From Lama guanicoe (taxonomy: Eukaryota): 64,000 nt of DNA. The position numbers were made by a program, and so were the translations under genes. Shown here in pieces: positions 60,326 through 64,000 of the stretch (its first letter is position 1; every line of letters begins with the position of its first letter). The notes under the pieces are model-generated. The model saw nothing but the letters and a program-made list of their open reading frames with translations. It ran no database searches and was not told the origin of the DNA. The stretch lies in NCBI GenBank assembly GCA_013239625.1, contig MU057342.1, forward strand, positions 11,072,556 to 11,136,555, written 5' to 3'.

Positions 60326-61729
60326 CACAAAAATCATTCTTTCCAGAACAGGCTTAGAATACCATGTCTCCCCAGTTCTCTCCAGATGAAAGCTTTCTTC
60401 CTGTTCATCAACAATTTAGGAAATACTAGTGAACATCTACATAACTTTGTCATAAGGACCAGTCAAAAACAATCATAGAATACTAGGACTGTATCAGAAA
60501 AAAAAAATCGAGACGATATCAGCACCTTCATAGAAGTTTATCATCGTTACATGCAATGGCAAAAATCAAATCATTTCTTTGATATTGGAATTCCCTCAAT
60601 ATACCACAGCTCTGTCAGGCTCAGAACATCAGAAACTCACTCACTTAGTGCCATATTTATATCTAAGATATTGCAGCAGGGCCTGAAATTCTAATTTTTC
60701 AAAGTTCTTAAACTTATAATGTTGGGACTGAGAGTTAATGGGCTTCTCTGCCCGATGAGTGGATTTCATACAAGCACAATGATGCTGAAACACAGCCCTA
60801 CAAGCCCATTGTAAGCTGCTTTAAAAGGCAGATGAAATGCTGTTGTGAAGATGATCACTGATGGAATTTCCAAACGACGGCTCTAAGGCTGGCATTTTCT
60901 CCTTTTATTATTAGACATTCTCCTTCCGCAGCTATAATTACATGCTGTTGCATTTCCTGGGGGCTCCACGTGCATTTTAAGTAATTATGGTCATATTTAC
61001 CTTCATGACTCCAAAGGAAAGGCTTCCCTGTATAAAAATGTCAGGGAGTATTTCATTCCTATCCTTGACGTCATTGCTGCATTCTCCTTACAAATAAATA
61101 CCTTCTGATGGTAAAAAACAGATAATAATGAGTGGTTGCCAAGTTTCCTCTCCTCTGGACTGTCATAGAAGATTAAGGGTTAAAATGATGAACCTGGCTA
61201 TAAATAAAAAGCATTATTTCATTATGAATAAATTAAAATTGTCAAATTATAACAAGAGAAACCACTTCACGCTCAAATTTAGAAGAGGAAAAAAGAAAAT
61301 TTCAATTTAATTCACTACCATGAGCCAAACACCACTCATATTAACTTAGTTTTGGTTCCACATAATATAGCAACTCCCTAAAAACAAAAACAATACTTCC
61401 CTAATTCTGGAAGTCTACATGTCACAGGGTACAAAGAAAGAAAAGGAAGTAACTGGTTTAAAATAGGCTTGGTATGTGACTCAATTACATTATAATGAAC
61501 TCTTTTCAACATGCTTTAGTTCTAAAGGTAAAATGTGGGTTATATTTGAAAGTTTTAAAGTCATCATACAAGCTGGTCTACCTTAGGTTATCTAAAATAA
61601 GGAACTCTCTTAACCGAAACTTACATACTTTCTTAGATAAGTGGTAAATGCCCAAAGCTGATGATTCTAGTTTGCAATTTAATGAATTATAAGTTTTTTA
61701 AAATTTAGCTATCTTCTTATAAATTCAAG

Positions 61730-61830
61730 GTTTCTCCACTAGACTGTAAGTTCCCTAAAAGTCAGATCTATCTGCTATTTAAGCAGAAAATCTGGATTAT
61801 TCTAGGTGCTCAATAAATTTCTGATGAACA
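61730..61830 (+). mobile_element. L2 3' end
   Basis: ccactagactgtaagttccctaaaagtcaga...taggtgctcaataaatttctgatgaa. Confidence 0.7.
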
Positions 61831-62184
61831 CAACTAAATTTGAAAAATATACATTATGTGTCTCAGTTTTACTAGTGCTCAAAAAGAGCACTAACATCAG
61901 TGTCAAAAAAATTACATACTTTTTGCCTCTAAAGAAATGTTCCACCTTTTCCTCAAGCTCCAACCACTCCAATTTCAATCAAGGGGAATTTGATCCCACT
62001 CTTCTGGTTGTCACTTGTACAGTCAACAACAATCAGAGCTGCATCTCAATGCTTCAGCTCCAGAATCGGACTCAGAGAACAACAGTAGCCTTAGACTCAG
62101 CTTACTTAATAGAAGATTATATTCAAAACAAACATAATAAACAGAGAGCAAAGTGTATCATAAGTAAAAGTCAGAATACTTAGC

Positions 62185-62425
62185 AAGAGACATAGCTGTG
62201 GAATTTCAAGGTCAAAGACTTGGGTTTGAACCAAAATTCAACACTTAGCAGTAATGTGACCTTGGGCTCATGTCTCCCTAAGATTAGCATTCTCCTATAT
62301 TAAATGAGGATCATAAAGTACTTTCTTCATGGAGTTATTATAGGAAGTAATGTGTGATAAGATATGAAAAAGCTCCTAGCATTGTGCTATTATTACATAA
62401 ACAGGTGATCAATAAAGTTTTGTTC
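62185..62425 (+). mobile_element. MIR SINE
   Basis: agacttgggtttgaacc...cacttagcagtaatgtgaccttgggc...aaatgaggatcataaagtactttcttcatggagttatt...caggtgatcaataaa. Confidence 0.88.
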
Positions 62426-64000
62426 AATCAGAAAGTAAATGGTCACAAAACCAGAAAAGTTACTAGCTCTTTCCATTAAATGGAAATGCAATGGTATATG
62501 GGTAGTAGCAGACCAAAAAGACTAAAGGAGCCTAGAAATCATGACATAATTAAAAAAAATAAGATTTAAGGAAAAGGAAAGCTACTAAATAAGGTATGTT
62601 GACAGTTACTTTTGTTTATTCAGTGGATTAGGACTTAACTACTGGGCAGTAAAGTGGTACATAATAAAAATCAAATGCAGAAAACACACATCTGTATAAG
62701 GCAGGGGTCCTTTTCTGACTCAGTATCATTTCAAGACTCTTACTCAGGATTTACACACCACATACTTTATATGACATCTTCTAGTCGCTCACTGTTTTTC
62801 ATTTCCTGCAAGTTTAATTTTTATTATTCAACTTTCTTTCCTTTCTCACTGACAGCTAGGATCAAAATCTTTCGTTAAATTTTCTTCCTGTTCTCTATGC
62901 TATCAATGATGGCTTGATTGCAATTAAAAATGGACACAGTAGGGCATTTTAGATACAAGTGACTAAGTCCAATCCACAAGTTAAAAATGGATTCAGATTG
63001 GAGGACTTTGTTTGCTGCAGGTGATGTTAAGGGAGAAGAGGGAGTCAGATGTTGAGGCAGAAAATATGAAATGTTGTGACCTGGGAAACTAACAGGAAAC
63101 ATTTGAAGTTGTCTCTCAACAGAAGATTCAGTAACTTTTCTACATCACGTTTGTCTTGCTTACTCTTCTCTCCCAAACATTTCTTTTCCCTCCACTTTTA
63201 AATTAGGTACCTAACAGATTGATGTGAAATCACCAACAGGTAAATCAGTTCTTCAAAGGGAATCATTTAAAAGTGCTACTAAGCACATCACTTGGTACAT
63301 GCTTTATAAAGGTCCGTATAAGAATTTTTTTTTAAGAAATTAGAGATTCATATAGCTGTGCTTCTCCCAAGAACCAGGAATACAATTTGCTTTTTTTTAA
63401 ATAACACAAATATAAAGATTTAATATACATAAAACAGATAATTGTAATAAAGTAATGTGTGTATGTAGTAAGAGACATGATATGCGTAATATATTTTTTA
63501 AATATTTATTTTCTTTTTGTAGTTAAGACTTCCTACTTATTTATGTTTTCCTGATAATGAGTCTTTTCTTCTCTATACTTTCCCTCACTATTAAGTTGAT
63601 TATGTTCTTATAAGATATCTCAAATCATTTTTTTAATGAGGCAGTGCATATATTAAATAAAGTAAACATTTGGACTAAATTTATCATCAAATGCCTGCCA
63701 CTGATCTACCTGCACTTGAAATTCCTTTGAAGTCACAGAACTTGGACCACTAAAACAATTTCACAATGCCCCCAAAAGGAGAATTGTTTAAAGCCCATCG
63801 ATTTTTTCAAGTCAATGGCCCTGTGTATACTCATATTGTTTTATATGATTCATATAGGAAATGAACTTCTCATTATTCTTTCATCTCCCATAGCCACAAG
63901 AATAATCATGTAATTGAAAGGCTGAAATTCAAGGAGTCTCTCTGGGAATATTTTTACCCCCACCTTTCTTTTCTTTTTTATAATGGGATCCTGGCCAGAG

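Noticed and set aside
257-60972. Enrichment of CACGTG E-boxes (258, 7361, 18157, 35415, 60967)
   Set aside because: Five dispersed copies in 64 kb is not clearly above background.
1347-63102. The short ORFs of the six-frame track as protein-coding genes
   Set aside because: They are 60-161 aa, many with non-ATG starts, low-complexity composition, or lying in repeats or across N-runs. None resembles a protein I recognise except L1 remnants.

Overview
Mammalian, AT-rich, CpG-depleted non-coding DNA. It is very probably from a camelid (alpaca/camel lineage), because it has two tRNA-Ala-derived Vic-1-type SINEs and I saw no Alu, B1, Bov-tA, PRE1 or SINEC. I found no recognisable protein-coding exon or RNA gene. 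The ORF track is almost entirely noise, apart from a decayed LINE-1 ORF1 fragment (15533-15853, minus strand). Much of the window is interspersed repeat: MIR, L2, old and younger L1, an RTE-X/L4-like remnant, MaLR LTRs, and hAT and Tigger MITEs. Repeat family names come from remembered consensus sequences, not from a search. Spot counts show A>T and C>G on the + strand, which suggests an intron of a long minus-strand gene (unidentified). Main points of interest: (1) a TSD-flanked L1-3'end + MLT1B chimera that looks like an L1 3' transduction ending at the LTR poly(A) signal; (2) two TSD-flanked camelid SINEs inserted tail-to-tail only 14 bp apart; (3) four N-runs of 148/156/164/172 nt (an exact step of 8) in unique sequence, which look like deliberate masking; (4) a homotypic AATTAACCAA/HNF1-like motif cluster; (5) candidate minus-strand microexons and several hairpins.
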